DNA of 64,000 bases from Candidatus Cloacimonadales bacterium (GTDB taxonomy: Bacteria; Cloacimonadota; Cloacimonadia; Cloacimonadales; DAONDQ01). The notes beneath the pieces are model-generated. The model ran no database searches, was not told the DNA's origin, and saw only the letters and a program-made list of their open reading frames with translations. The stretch spans positions 3,264,001 to 3,328,000 of the forward strand of contig OY759316.1 in the NCBI GenBank assembly GCA_963662275.1, given 5' to 3'. The position numbers and the translations under genes are program-made. Positions 16,294 to 27,115 of this stretch are shown here, one piece after another (positions within the stretch are counted from its first letter, which is position 1; every line of letters starts with the position of its first letter).

Positions 16294-18125
16294 AACCAAC
16301 CGCCCTGACGCTTTTTCTTGGAATGACTGAATTCCGTAACGATATTCCGTAAAATTTGAAAGTCTGCTGAAATCTGCTGTTCAGAGAACCCCCCAGGCAT
16401 GAAACGAGCTTCATTGCATCTTGTGAAGAATGTTCCCAAAGCTTCCAACAATTCAGCAGGGCATCCCTTATCCTTCAGATCTGTCATAAGCTCTTCCGTA
16501 GAAGCGCCTTTGGAAATGCGCAGTTTATCACTGATAAATTGAACCAGACCATTCTGTGCTGAAGAATAAAATAAGGGATTGTTCGTATTGGAGTACAAGG
16601 TAGCTTTTTTCAGATACTTAGATAGAATTTTATTAGCAAGTTTCTGGCGTGAATATTCAGGATTCAGGGATAGTTTTTTCTGTTCTTTGCTCATCCTGAA
16701 TGCGAAAGGTAAAGTCATTAGGAACAGAATCAGAAGCAGCCAATACCAGGTTTGATTAAATATGGGTGTCTGAAGACTGAAATTTTTATCATCGCTGATA
16801 AAATCTATATCCTTATTTTCCTGTTTGACTGCAGTCTGTAACAATCCTGCCTGCATGGGATAAGATTCTCCTTCCAATACTTCCAGGTGATGACCGGAAG
16901 ATAGAATCGTTACATAAACGCCTTTGCTGTTATCAAAGTAAGAGAAAGAATATGGAGGAATATCGTAACTTCCCTTTTCCTGGGCAAGAACCAGATACTT
17001 GATTGTTTTGACACCTTCCACGCCGTTCTTCACCTGGTTATTCACTTCCGGTGTCATGAACCTCAGATTCGGAATCTCCGCTAAGGCTGGAACCGTAAAT
17101 TGATTAATATTCCCTGAACCTGAGATTGTTATCGTATATACAAGAGATTCTCCTGCTTTGATTTGCGTTTTATCAATGGATGAACTAATAGAATATCTAC
17201 CAATAGCACCAGTAAAATCAGCCGGGTTACCCTGTTCAGGTAAAGGAAGCACCCTGATTGATTGAGGTTTGCTTTGTAAATTCAAGCGATCTGTCATCCC
17301 AAAGCCAAAGAATCCGCCATTGGTTCTTTGCGCATCTGCAACAACAGTCATCAGGGGAATTGTGATCGTTCCTGTTTTATTGGGGGTAAGGACAACTGTC
17401 TGCAATAATATGGAACCATATGTTTTGCCATTATAGGTTGCATTCTCTAAGCGGAGTTGCGATGCAGTATATACCAATTCCTTGCCGTATCCGGCATAGT
17501 CTTTAATCTCTCCCAGATTCACACCTGTTAATCGTTGCTGAGTATATAAACGGTAATTCACAAGTACGGGTTCACCCTTATAGACTTTAGTTTTGGAAGG
17601 AGTACCCACAATGAATGTTGCATCAGCATAATTTTGCTGCGGTGTGTTATCTTGATCAGGTTCATCAAAGAAAGAGGGAAACCCAAACGGAGATTGCAGC
17701 TGCTGAGCACGAGGCTGCTGCCTTTGGGTCGAACCTTTTACAACCTGTATTTGGATCGGTGCTGACTGGTAGGTTTTTCCCTTAAATGCAATCGAAATCG
17801 ACGGAATGGGAAAAGTTCCTACACGCTTAGGTGAAAGCGAATAACGATAAGTTTTACTGACACTCTGATTCATGACACCATTCACAATAGAAATAGAAGA
17901 TTGGGATGAGGTTGATACTCCCAGATTCACAAATTCCATTTTCGGTAACAGGGGAGCTTGAATCTTATCAGCTTCTTTACCGGAGATTGTAACCATCAAA
18001 GAAAATTCTTCCGACTGTCCGACCGTTGTTCTATCAACACTGGCAGAAATTGAAATTTCCTGTGAACTCAGTAAAGAGAAGAGGAAAAGGAAAAAGCATG
18101 TCAGAAATGCAATTTTATTCATCAC
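16290..18125 (-). CDS. batD: BatD family protein
   Basis: ASVDRTTV, SSQSSISIVNG, VYKGEPVLVNYRLY, FTGAIGRY, EARFMP. Confidence 0.88.
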   Translation of the reverse strand: MMNKIAFLTCFFLFLFSLLSSQEISISASVDRTTVGQSEEFSLMVTISGKEADKIQAPLLPKMEFVNLGVSTSSQSSISIVNGVMNQSVSKTYRYSLSPKRVGTFPIPSISIAFKGKTYQSAPIQIQVVKGSTQRQQPRAQQLQSPFGFPSFFDEPDQDNTPQQNYADATFIVGTPSKTKVYKGEPVLVNYRLYTQQRLTGVNLGEIKDYAGYGKELVYTASQLRLENATYNGKTYGSILLQTVVLTPNKTGTITIPLMTVVADAQRTNGGFFGFGMTDRLNLQSKPQSIRVLPLPEQGNPADFTGAIGRYSISSSIDKTQIKAGESLVYTITISGSGNINQFTVPALAEIPNLRFMTPEVNNQVKNGVEGVKTIKYLVLAQEKGSYDIPPYSFSYFDNSKGVYVTILSSGHHLEVLEGESYPMQAGLLQTAVKQENKDIDFISDDKNFSLQTPIFNQTWYWLLLILFLMTLPFAFRMSKEQKKLSLNPEYSRQKLANKILSKYLKKATLYSNTNNPLFYSSAQNGLVQFISDKLRISKGASTEELMTDLKDKGCPAELLEALGTFFTRCNEARFMPGGFSEQQISADFQILRNIVTEFSHSKKKRQGGWL

Positions 18126-18134
18126 CTATTCCGT

Positions 18135-18788
18135 TTACCAGTATTTTGCATTTTTAGGTCTTTTTGCCGGAACTTGCTGTTTCTTTTTCATATCATTCCT
18201 CTCATTTTCCATCAAAGCTTTCAATAATTGATCTGCATCTTTTTTCTTTTGATCCTGTTGAGTCTGCGGAGTGCTTTTTTGTTGTTCTTTCTTTTGCTCT
18301 TTTTTCTGATCCTGTTTCTGATCCTGCTTCTGTTTCTGCTTTTGCTGCTGCTGTTGAATCAAGGCTTTTTTTGCCATTTCATAATTATATCGTGCTTCCT
18401 GATTCTTCGGTGAATCAATGACAGCTTTTTTATAATTGTCAAGTGCCTGCTCATATTCTTTTTTATTATAATGTATATTCCCCATGTTCTGATAGGCTTT
18501 GCTCTGATCCTTAAAATTTTTATCGGTAAGCGCTTTCTGATATGAAGTGAGCGCATCATCCACCTTACCCAGCTTATAATTCGTATTGCCGGAATTGTAT
18601 TGAAGGCGTCCATCTTTCGGATGGTTAACAGCATTCTTATCAAAAGTCTTACCAGCCTCAGTATATTTCTTTTTCTCGTATTGCTTCTTGCCTTTCGCAT
18701 TCTGATATGATTTATCGAAATTGATATCGATAGCAGAAAGGGCAGAGAACAGGAACATGGCAATCAGTAATATAGATATTTTCTTCAT
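18135..18788 (-). CDS. batC: BatC-like TPR protein with Q/K-rich linker
   Basis: TPRs, ARYNYEMA, QQQQQKQKQ tail, A.QLL.AL..NE, terminal W. Confidence 0.85.
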   Translation of the reverse strand: MKKISILLIAMFLFSALSAIDINFDKSYQNAKGKKQYEKKKYTEAGKTFDKNAVNHPKDGRLQYNSGNTNYKLGKVDDALTSYQKALTDKNFKDQSKAYQNMGNIHYNKKEYEQALDNYKKAVIDSPKNQEARYNYEMAKKALIQQQQQKQKQKQDQKQDQKKEQKKEQQKSTPQTQQDQKKKDADQLLKALMENERNDMKKKQQVPAKRPKNAKYW

Positions 18789-18795
18789 TTTACAC

Positions 18796-19812
18796 CTATG
18801 ACAAAAATCTTTTTGGTTCCGTGTTTCGTTTGAAAGTCAAGACAGAAGCAATCAGGAATAGGAATAAAGAAAATCCTGCGAACCAGGTGTATTGTTCCTT
18901 GTATCGGTCATAATACTTGGAAGAGTACTTATTCTTTTCAAATCCTTCTATCGATTTCATGATCGCATAGATTTCGGATTGCTGGGGAGTTACCAGGTAG
19001 AACCTGCCGCCTGTTGCTGATGATATTTCATTCAGTGTTCTGCTATCCAGTTTGGATACGACAAAATTACCTGATTCATCAAGAGCATTATGGACATTTC
19101 CATTTTCATCCTTGATCGGAATGGAACTGCCACCGGATGACCCTACTCCCAGTGTGTATACGGTAATTTTCTTGTTCGACATTTTTCGTGCCTGGGCAAT
19201 CACATTTCCTTCCAGGTTTTCACCATCACTGATTAGAACCACAACCCGATTCTTTGTATTTTCAGGAAATACACTTTCTGCTTTTGATAAAGCGGCTGTG
19301 ATATCTGTTCCGAATATTGGAACTGAATCCGTATTCAAATTGCCTAAAAAGAGTTTAGCAGCACCATAGTCATCCGTGAGCGGACATTGTACAAAGGCAG
19401 TACCTGCAAAAGCAACGATGGCTATGCGGTCACCTCGTAACTGATCAATAAATAATGATATCTGATCTTTTGCTCTTTCCAGACGACTGGGTTGGATATC
19501 TGTTGCATCCATGCTTTTAGATACATCAATGCAGACAACAATATCCAGTCCGTTTCTCTGCATCATCTGCATTTCCCTATCCCATTGGGGGCGAGCTAAA
19601 GCCAATACCAGGAAGAAAAAAGCGCCAAGTAGAAGAGCAGCTTTCAAATACCAATGAAAAATTGAAAGAGGCTGCAAATAAAAAGGCAGAAAACGGTTTT
19701 CAGCGAATTTCTCCATCCTGGAAGCACGCTTTCTTTTATCCTGTGACAGGTAAAATAGCCCCACTGGAATCAGAAGCAGGAGCAACAGAAAATATGGATT
19801 TCCCCAATGCAT
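18796..19812 (-). CDS. batB: BatB VWA-domain protein
   Basis: LARPQW, DVSKSM MIDAS, PSRLERAK, PLTDDY, LISDGE. Confidence 0.9.
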   Translation of the reverse strand: MHWGNPYFLLLLLLIPVGLFYLSQDKRKRASRMEKFAENRFLPFYLQPLSIFHWYLKAALLLGAFFFLVLALARPQWDREMQMMQRNGLDIVVCIDVSKSMDATDIQPSRLERAKDQISLFIDQLRGDRIAIVAFAGTAFVQCPLTDDYGAAKLFLGNLNTDSVPIFGTDITAALSKAESVFPENTKNRVVVLISDGENLEGNVIAQARKMSNKKITVYTLGVGSSGGSSIPIKDENGNVHNALDESGNFVVSKLDSRTLNEISSATGGRFYLVTPQQSEIYAIMKSIEGFEKNKYSSKYYDRYKEQYTWFAGFSLFLFLIASVLTFKRNTEPKRFLS

Positions 19813-19824
19813 TTCATCACTCCT

Positions 19825-20817
19825 TTAAGGTAATTCCCTACGCCAGACATACAGTAATACAAATTGCAGCAGCATCAGCAAGGCAGCAAAACCCAGCAAA
19901 TAGCTGAACAACTCACGATAAGTATAATAGTTATTCACTTTGTATTTCGTTTTTTCCAAGTTATCGATGTTTTTCACAATATCGCCTAATTCATTTGTGC
20001 TCGTAGCTAAACTAGCTTTTCCGGTACCAGTAATAGAAGCAATGCGATCCAAAGTAGCCATGTCCATATCTATCTTCACTTTTACATAACGTCTACCGAA
20101 TGTAGGATCATCCACAGGGAAATCGACAAGTCCATTACTCCCGACTCCGATCGGATACACTCTAATTTTGTATGTATTTGCCAAGTCAGCAGCAGTTGAA
20201 GGATCAATTTCACCGGTATTGTTATTACCATCAGTAATGAGAATGATCACCTTCGATTTTGCCTCAGAACTCTTCAACCTGGCGACCGCAGTAGCCAAAC
20301 CCATGCCAATGGCAGTAGAACTGGCTTCCTCATTGATTTTGATATTATCGAGAAGTTGTAATAAGATATTATAATCCAACGTCAAAGGACATTGAGTCAA
20401 TGCATATTCGGAAAAGACTACAAGTCCAATACGATCGTTTTGCCGATTGGAAATAAAGTCACGTGCCACTGTTTTGGCTGCTTCCAATCTGTTTGTTGGT
20501 TTGAAATCCACTGCCATCATGGAACCGCTGACATCCAAAGCAATGACTATATCGATACCCTTCCCCTGAACTTCAGAGTTCTTGAAACCAAGACGTGGAC
20601 GAACCAAGGTAAGAACCAGTGTTAAAATAATGAGACAGTTAATAGTTATTTGAACATACTTCCAAAGATGTTCCTTCTTCGCTATTTTCCTGATCAGGTT
20701 TAAACGGCTAAATGGAAGAAAGATACGTTTTTTAAAACCGATCTTCCATTCATAATAAAGGTAAGCTGGTATTAAGAGTAACCCAAGTAATAACCAGGGA
20801 TGGAGGAACTCAAGCAT
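19825..20817 (-). CDS. batA: BatA VWA-domain protein
   Basis: GIDIVIALDVSGSM, NRLEAAK, TAIGMGLATAVARL, ILITDGNNNTG. Confidence 0.92.
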   Translation of the reverse strand: MLEFLHPWLLLGLLLIPAYLYYEWKIGFKKRIFLPFSRLNLIRKIAKKEHLWKYVQITINCLIILTLVLTLVRPRLGFKNSEVQGKGIDIVIALDVSGSMMAVDFKPTNRLEAAKTVARDFISNRQNDRIGLVVFSEYALTQCPLTLDYNILLQLLDNIKINEEASSTAIGMGLATAVARLKSSEAKSKVIILITDGNNNTGEIDPSTAADLANTYKIRVYPIGVGSNGLVDFPVDDPTFGRRYVKVKIDMDMATLDRIASITGTGKASLATSTNELGDIVKNIDNLEKTKYKVNNYYTYRELFSYLLGFAALLMLLQFVLLYVWRRELP

Positions 20818-21724
20818 TGGGAGTCTCCTTTTCCACTGGTTTTTCTATTTGGCTGAAAGATTGCAGATACTGGTATAACCAGCGATAGGCTTCCTCAGAA
20901 TCACCGGGCGTAGGAATATGTTTGGCAAACTTCACTCTATCCGCTTCCTGCAAGTATTCCACAATTCCTGCTTTCCAGGTATAATCATTTGAGCTTAGTA
21001 TATCATGTATTTCAGAAGTTGTCATTTCCACGGCATTGAATCCGGCATAGTTTTCAATAAAACGACGCAGGATCATAGATAAGCCGAAATGGTAATCCAG
21101 GAACTCACCTTTATCCAAGAGTCGTTGAGATTGCAGTAAAACCAATTCGTCCAAGGCAATCTGCCAAGCGGGACGTGAATCGACAGGTTTTCCAATGGGT
21201 ATGATTTGTTTCTTCCTGAAATGCAGATAATGGATGATTAGATAAGTAATACCCGCAATGAGAACTAAAGCCAAGAGAATAACGATGTAATTCCAAATTG
21301 TCCAGGGAACATTCAGTGCATCTGCAATATCCTTGAGTTTAGGCTCTCCTTTTGGGGGAAGAACAGATCTTACGGTTAGGTTAAACGGAATGATGGCTGC
21401 ACTATCAGCGGTTGTCTTTTTATATACTTCAATTTTGAGAGCAGGAAACTGGAGATTTCCTACTTCAAAAGCAGCAGCTTTGATAATGAATTCATTCTTT
21501 CCTTTTTCTGTTGATCTCTTCTGTTCCAGTATTTGAAAATTAGGCAGAGAATCGGGAATAACCACATTGAGACTATCCGTTCCTTGAGGCAGGGAAAGAT
21601 GAATATAGAATGGAATCCCAATATATAGTGTATCAGGTATTTCATTTTTTTGTGTTAACGTCATAGCATGAGCCAGGCTCAGTGATAAAAAGAGGATAAG
21701 GAGTAATATTAGTTTTCGATTCAT
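20810..21724 (-). CDS. Bat-cluster membrane protein (BatD-like Ig domain plus TM)
   Basis: Signal peptide, LKDI, TM, AVEMTTSEI, ADRVKFAK; sits between DUF58 and batA. Confidence 0.75.
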   Translation of the reverse strand: MNRKLILLLILFLSLSLAHAMTLTQKNEIPDTLYIGIPFYIHLSLPQGTDSLNVVIPDSLPNFQILEQKRSTEKGKNEFIIKAAAFEVGNLQFPALKIEVYKKTTADSAAIIPFNLTVRSVLPPKGEPKLKDIADALNVPWTIWNYIVILLALVLIAGITYLIIHYLHFRKKQIIPIGKPVDSRPAWQIALDELVLLQSQRLLDKGEFLDYHFGLSMILRRFIENYAGFNAVEMTTSEIHDILSSNDYTWKAGIVEYLQEADRVKFAKHIPTPGDSEEAYRWLYQYLQSFSQIEKPVEKETPNA

Positions 21725-21725
21725 A

Positions 21726-22610
21726 TTATGATTTTACTCTTTTCCGTATTCTTGTTTTAAAGAACTTCTGCAATTCAGTAACATATGATTGATCTGTTTT
21801 CAGATTAACCAGGTCGACTTGCATCTTCTTAAAACGTGATTGAAGGTCATTTTCCCAATCCTGGGATTGTTTATTATACTGCTTTCTAATAGCGCTGTTC
21901 ATTGAATTCACTGTGAAAGTATCTCCCGTTTCAGGGTCTTGCAGATGAAGAATACCGGCTTTGGGTAATTCCAATTCAGCCTGGTCAATGACACGCAGTG
22001 CCACAACATCATGCTTCTTTCCCAGGAGTTGAAGACTTCTTTCATATCCTTTATCATAGAAATCAGATACAATGAAGAAGATACTGCGTTTCTTTACTAA
22101 ATGTGAGATATATTCAACTGCCTGGCGTATATTTGTACCTTTCCCTTTCGGTTCATAGAACAGGATATCTCTCAGGATTTGCAAGGCAGCCTTCTTTCCT
22201 TTGCGAGGTGGAACATACTTTTCTATTTTATCAGAAAAAAGTAATAATCCAACTTTATCCTGGTTGGAAAGGGCAGAAAATGAAAGAACAGCCGTTACTT
22301 CTGTGATATACTCTGATTTCAGGTATTGCCTTGTTCCAAAGACATTGGAAGCGCTGCAATCAACCAGGAAGATGACATTCAATTCGCGGGTTTCTTCGAA
22401 CTTCTTAATGTAAGGATGACCCATACGGGCAGATACATTCCAATCGATATCCCGATAGCTATCACCTATCTGGTATTCGCGTACTTCAGCGAATTCCAGT
22501 CCCTGTCCACGGAATACGCTATGGTATTCCCCGGAAAAGACTTCCTGCACCATGTTTTTGGTAGTGATTTCAATTCGTCTGATACGTTTCAGAATATCGG
22601 ATGTATCCAT
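21726..22610 (-). CDS. DUF58 domain protein
   Basis: GEYHSVFRGQGLEFAEVREYQIGD..RDIDWNVSAR. Confidence 0.93.
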   Translation of the reverse strand: MDTSDILKRIRRIEITTKNMVQEVFSGEYHSVFRGQGLEFAEVREYQIGDSYRDIDWNVSARMGHPYIKKFEETRELNVIFLVDCSASNVFGTRQYLKSEYITEVTAVLSFSALSNQDKVGLLLFSDKIEKYVPPRKGKKAALQILRDILFYEPKGKGTNIRQAVEYISHLVKKRSIFFIVSDFYDKGYERSLQLLGKKHDVVALRVIDQAELELPKAGILHLQDPETGDTFTVNSMNSAIRKQYNKQSQDWENDLQSRFKKMQVDLVNLKTDQSYVTELQKFFKTRIRKRVKS

Positions 22611-22613
22611 AAA

Positions 22614-23600
22614 TTATGGAACCTCTATCTCATCGAATATCTTACTGATAATCTGTTCCTGGGTAACTTGTTCCGCTTCCGCTTCATAGGTCAGAATGAC
22701 ACGATGACGCAAGACATCCCTTCCAATTGCTTTAATATCATCAGGAATCACATAACCGCGATGTTCCAGGAAAGCATGAGCTTTGGCAGCACGAGCAAGA
22801 TAAATTGATGCACGGGGAGAAGCACCACATTCGATCATATTGTTCAAACTTTGGAGATTGCGGAAGTCAGAGGGATTACGGGTTGCAAAGACTAAATCCA
22901 GGATATATTCCTTCAATTTGTCTTCCATGTAGATTTCCTTGATGACTTCACGCATCTTCATAATCTGGGATGGTTCCAAGACAGGAGTAACCAGTATGGC
23001 TTCATCTGGAACCATACGGTTCATAATTTGTCTTTCTTCATCACGATTCGGATAATCAATTCTTAATTTCAGCATAAAACGGTCAACTTGAGCTTCCGGT
23101 AAAGGATATGTACCTTCCTGTTCCAATGGATTCTGGGTTGCCATGACTAAAAAAGGTGTAGGCAGGGAATAGGTTGTATCACCGATAGTAACCTGTCTTT
23201 CCTGCATTGCTTCTAACAGGGCAGACTGTACTTTCGACGGTGCTCTGTTGATTTCATCGGCAAGGATGAAATTGGCAAATATTGGTCCATGTTTCACTAT
23301 AAAATCAGATGTCTTCTGGTTGTAGATTAGTGTTCCTGTCACATCAGCAGGTAGTAAGTCTGGTGTGAATTGAATCCTATGAAATGAACTCTTGATAGTT
23401 TGAGCAATGGTGGAAATCGTCAACGTTTTAGCAAGACCGGGTACACCTTCCAGCAGGAGATGTCCATTTGCTAAAAGCCCAACGAGAATACGTTTCACCA
23501 TGTAGTTCTGCCCGACAATGACTTTCTGGACTTCCTTGATCACATCGTCTAAAACAACACTACTTTCAAGCACCTTGCGATGAATTTCCTCTATCATCAT
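22614..23600 (-). CDS. moxR: MoxR-family AAA+ ATPase
   Basis: LLEGVPGLAKT, RIQFTPDLLPAD, ADEINRAPSKVQSALLEAMQE; AGGAGG before ATG 23600. Confidence 0.95.
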   Translation of the reverse strand: MMIEEIHRKVLESSVVLDDVIKEVQKVIVGQNYMVKRILVGLLANGHLLLEGVPGLAKTLTISTIAQTIKSSFHRIQFTPDLLPADVTGTLIYNQKTSDFIVKHGPIFANFILADEINRAPSKVQSALLEAMQERQVTIGDTTYSLPTPFLVMATQNPLEQEGTYPLPEAQVDRFMLKLRIDYPNRDEERQIMNRMVPDEAILVTPVLEPSQIMKMREVIKEIYMEDKLKEYILDLVFATRNPSDFRNLQSLNNMIECGASPRASIYLARAAKAHAFLEHRGYVIPDDIKAIGRDVLRHRVILTYEAEAEQVTQEQIISKIFDEIEVP

Positions 23601-23622
23601 AATTCCTCCTAAAACAAATATA

Positions 23623-24132
23623 TCATTTATGCCAATCGGCACGAGTAAATGTCTGCTGTTCGAATACCTGACCGTTCAGGTCTTTCCAATCCAGGTTCAT
23701 TTTCTCTTTATCAAGCGTGATCATCAGATAGGAAGCATGATGATTACGATGATGAGAGCTTTTTAAATGTCCCGGGTTGGCATATAATATGCCTTTTCGA
23801 AATTGGTAAGAAGGATGATGCGTATGACCAAATAAAACCACATCATCCGGTGGTGTAATATATTCAATATCTTCCTGTCTATGCACTAGCTGAAATCTCC
23901 AATTTTCAACAGTGATATGCTGTATCATGGGTACGGCTTCATCCTGGCTAAGATTATTCATGAGACCTGGCACTTTAAACACTTTCTTGGTATCTGTCAA
24001 ATCAGAGTTATTGTCCAAATCTGAATAATCATCACCTAAATGAAAAAAAACATCGAACTTTTCAGAAAGACACACTTCTCGTAAATACGGTTGATTTCCA
24101 TGTGTGTCAGACATCACAAGAATACGTTTCAC
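23623..24132 (-). CDS. YfcE/YsnB-type metallophosphoesterase
   Basis: SDTHGN, HLGD, FGHTHHP, NPG. Confidence 0.88.
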   Translation of the reverse strand: MKRILVMSDTHGNQPYLREVCLSEKFDVFFHLGDDYSDLDNNSDLTDTKKVFKVPGLMNNLSQDEAVPMIQHITVENWRFQLVHRQEDIEYITPPDDVVLFGHTHHPSYQFRKGILYANPGHLKSSHHRNHHASYLMITLDKEKMNLDWKDLNGQVFEQQTFTRADWHK

Positions 24133-24163
24133 TTATGCACCTATAATTCCGTAAATTCAAATT

Positions 24164-25816
24164 CTACATTTTTTCAGGAGCTGATATCCCCATCAGTTTG
24201 AAACTTACCGCCAGTACATTCTTCACTGCCATGATCAGGTATAAGCGCCCCATGGATAAGACAAGCGACTTCTTGTTCACAATCACGTACTTAGAATAGT
24301 AACGGTGGAACATACCCGCAAGTTCGTAGGCATAAGCAGCCAAACGATGCGGTTCTCTACTATCCGCTATTGAGACAAGCACAGACGGAAATTCCAGCAT
24401 TTTTTTTATAATTGTAATTTCTTCCGGTTTTGTTAATTTCTTAAGCATCTCGGGATTAAGTTCTTTGAGACTTATCTTATCTTTCTTTGCTTTTTTCAGG
24501 ATGCTGCATATACGTGCATGAGCATACTGGCAATAAAAGACAGGATTTTCATTCGACTTTTTCTTTGCTAGTTCTATATCAAAATTTAAATGAGAATTTG
24601 GTCTTCTATCCAAAAAGAAATATCTTGTAGCGTCTGTACCAACATAATCCACCAATTCATCCATAGTAACAATAGTGCCTAAACGTTTAGACATCTTGAC
24701 CTTTTCACCACTATCGAATAAATTTACCTGTTGCAGGAATATGATCTCCAATTTCTCTTCGGGATATTTTAAAGCGTGAATAGCAGCTTTCAAGCGGGGA
24801 ACATAACCATGGTGATCAGGACCCAGAACATCGATCATAACATCGAAAGAACGCTGATACTTGGTTAAGTGATAAGCCAGGTCAGGTACAAAATAAGTAA
24901 TCGAACCGTCAGCTTTCATCAAAACACGGTCTTTATCATCACCAAACTTACTGGAGCAGAACCAGATGGCGTCTTCTTTTTCATATGTGCAATCCGCTTC
25001 TGCCAGGTAGCTCAATACTTCTTCCACAACACCTTGCTGGCGTAACGTCTTTTCAGATACCCAACTATCAAAGAATACATCAAATTTCTCCAGGCTTTTC
25101 ACCTGCATCTCATGAATTTGCTCTAAAGCAAAATCCTTGAGGTGTTCTGTTCTTTCCCGATCAGCTAAGAGTAAAACTCTTGTGCCTTCCAGAGTATTCA
25201 ACCTATGGGCAAGATCTTTCACATACTCTCCATGATATGCTTCAAAAGGAAATTCACCGATGTTTTCACCATGCATTTCACGAAGCCTCAACTCAAGAGA
25301 TTCTGCTAAAATATCAACTTGATTGCCTGCATCATTAATATAGAATTCTCGCATGGCATCGTAACCTACAAATTTCATCACACGGCAAAGTGAATCGCCA
25401 AATGCTGCAGCACGGGCACTTACTATGTTCAAAGGACCTGTGGGATTAGCACTGACGAATTCCAACAAAATACGCTTGCCTATTCCTGCTTCTGAAGCTC
25501 CCCACATCTCATTCTTCTCAATGATATCCTTAAGAAGCTTCTGATAAACAGAGATGTTCAGTGTCATATTAAGAAAGCCGGGACCTGCAATCTCACATTT
25601 CTTGTAATCCTTGTTCTTACTCAATTCAGCACAGATTTTCTCCGCTAATTCATACGGTTTCATTCTATTCAGCTTGCTTAAGACCATTGCCAGGTTTGAT
25701 GAATAATCTCCGAATTCTTCGTTCGCTTGCGTTTCGATAACAAACTTATCATTCGTTTTCAGATTCAGGTTTTTCAGGCATAGATTTAAATCATTGGTAA
25801 TCTTAAATTTTATCAT
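24164..25816 (-). CDS. argS: Arginine--tRNA ligase
   Basis: GDYSSN, AGPGFLN, EFVSANPTGPL, GPDHHGY, KMSKR, YCQYAHARI. Confidence 0.97.
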   Translation of the reverse strand: MIKFKITNDLNLCLKNLNLKTNDKFVIETQANEEFGDYSSNLAMVLSKLNRMKPYELAEKICAELSKNKDYKKCEIAGPGFLNMTLNISVYQKLLKDIIEKNEMWGASEAGIGKRILLEFVSANPTGPLNIVSARAAAFGDSLCRVMKFVGYDAMREFYINDAGNQVDILAESLELRLREMHGENIGEFPFEAYHGEYVKDLAHRLNTLEGTRVLLLADRERTEHLKDFALEQIHEMQVKSLEKFDVFFDSWVSEKTLRQQGVVEEVLSYLAEADCTYEKEDAIWFCSSKFGDDKDRVLMKADGSITYFVPDLAYHLTKYQRSFDVMIDVLGPDHHGYVPRLKAAIHALKYPEEKLEIIFLQQVNLFDSGEKVKMSKRLGTIVTMDELVDYVGTDATRYFFLDRRPNSHLNFDIELAKKKSNENPVFYCQYAHARICSILKKAKKDKISLKELNPEMLKKLTKPEEITIIKKMLEFPSVLVSIADSREPHRLAAYAYELAGMFHRYYSKYVIVNKKSLVLSMGRLYLIMAVKNVLAVSFKLMGISAPEKM

Positions 25817-26171
25817 TAGAAATCGCTTCCTGTATTGGTTTTGTTTCTAAACTTTCAAAGAGCTGATCTATTTTGAAATTCTCACGTATTGCAGGTAAAA
25901 AGATATGAACGATAATATCTGACATGTCGATTAATACCCACTGCCCATTATCCAAACCTTCGCTTCCCAAGGTTGTATATTTGATTTCTTTTGCCTTATC
26001 CTTGATGAAGCTTGCAATCGCTCTTAAATGAAGTGATGAATTGCCTTCACATACGATCACATAATCAGTGTAAGATGTCTTCCCGAGAAGATCAAATGTT
26101 CTTATATTTTCAGCTTTTCTTTCTTCAGCCCATTGGACAATCAGATTAACCATTTCTTTAGTCGTTGGCAT
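25803..26171 (-). CDS. rsfS: Ribosome silencing factor
   Basis: KAENI, TDYVIVCEG, WVLIDMSDIIVHIF. Confidence 0.92.
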   Translation of the reverse strand: MPTTKEMVNLIVQWAEERKAENIRTFDLLGKTSYTDYVIVCEGNSSLHLRAIASFIKDKAKEIKYTTLGSEGLDNGQWVLIDMSDIIVHIFLPAIRENFKIDQLFESLETKPIQEAISNDKI

Positions 26172-26178
26172 ATCACTC

Positions 26179-26631
26179 CTATTCCTTTTTCTGGCTTTGT
26201 ATCAATTCTTCATAATCTTTACCGATGACAATAACGAAGGGAGCGACCGCATAATCACTCTCAGCGAGTGTCCATTGTTGAATTCCCGTCATTTTCATCA
26301 ATCTTAGTAAATCATCTCGATCCATCTTCTTAACTACAATGATCGTCTTATTATAGATAAATTTCTCTGCATTCCCGGTAGTAACAATATCAATATTCTT
26401 ATCTGCCAGATACTCAGTCATATCCGTGGCTGCACCTTCAAATCCACATCCATTCTTTAGACTTATCTTGATAGATGGAAGTGTTGCCTCTAAGGATGCC
26501 TTCTTCTGCATGGTTTTATGCTTATAGACAAAATATCCTGCGATACATGCGATAACAAATACTATTACAATTACCAGTATCAGCCATCTTCTGCTTTTCG
26601 TAGGCGTCAAATTATTTGTGGGTATGCTCAT
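26179..26631 (-). CDS. LytR C-terminal domain membrane protein
   Basis: Single TM; NGCGFEGAA, GNA, VIVIGKDY. Confidence 0.8.
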   Translation of the reverse strand: MSIPTNNLTPTKSRRWLILVIVIVFVIACIAGYFVYKHKTMQKKASLEATLPSIKISLKNGCGFEGAATDMTEYLADKNIDIVTTGNAEKFIYNKTIIVVKKMDRDDLLRLMKMTGIQQWTLAESDYAVAPFVIVIGKDYEELIQSQKKE

Positions 26632-27115
26632 TGTCAAACTGTTCCTGTAATAGGGTGAAGGTCTTCTCAAAGGCTTCCGGAATTACTCGGATGCCACCAA
26701 TGACCGACATAAAATTGCAATCTCCAGACCAACGAGGTACTAAATGCACATGAAGATGTTCATCAATGCCTGCTCCAGCAGCTTTTCCCAAGTTCATTCC
26801 AATATTTATTCCATCTGGATGGTAGGCATTCCGAAGCACTTTTTCTGTCAGTTGAACGGTCTCGAACAAATCGTTTATTTCCTCAGAGTATAATTCTATT
26901 AATGAAGAAACATGACGAAAAGGAACAACCATAACGTGTCCATTATTATATGGATAGAGGTTGATAATAACAAAACTGTGAACACTTCGATATACAATCA
27001 GGTGTTTAGCATCATCTGATGCTTGAGGTTTATGACAAAAAATACATTCCTGATCTTTTTTGGATAGTATGTATTCCAATCTCCATGGCGAATAGATAAA
27101 TTTCTTATCTTTCAT
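26612..27115 (-). CDS. HIT-family hydrolase
   Basis: SPWRLEYI, CIFC, NLYPYNNGH, AGAGIDEHLHVHLVPRW. Confidence 0.92.
   Translation of the reverse strand: MKDKKFIYSPWRLEYILSKKDQECIFCHKPQASDDAKHLIVYRSVHSFVIINLYPYNNGHVMVVPFRHVSSLIELYSEEINDLFETVQLTEKVLRNAYHPDGINIGMNLGKAAGAGIDEHLHVHLVPRWSGDCNFMSVIGGIRVIPEAFEKTFTLLQEQFDNEHTHK

Noticed and set aside
15532..23600. moxR-DUF58-bat cluster as a novel system
   Set aside because: It matches the described Bacteroides/Leptospira Bat operon in content and order.
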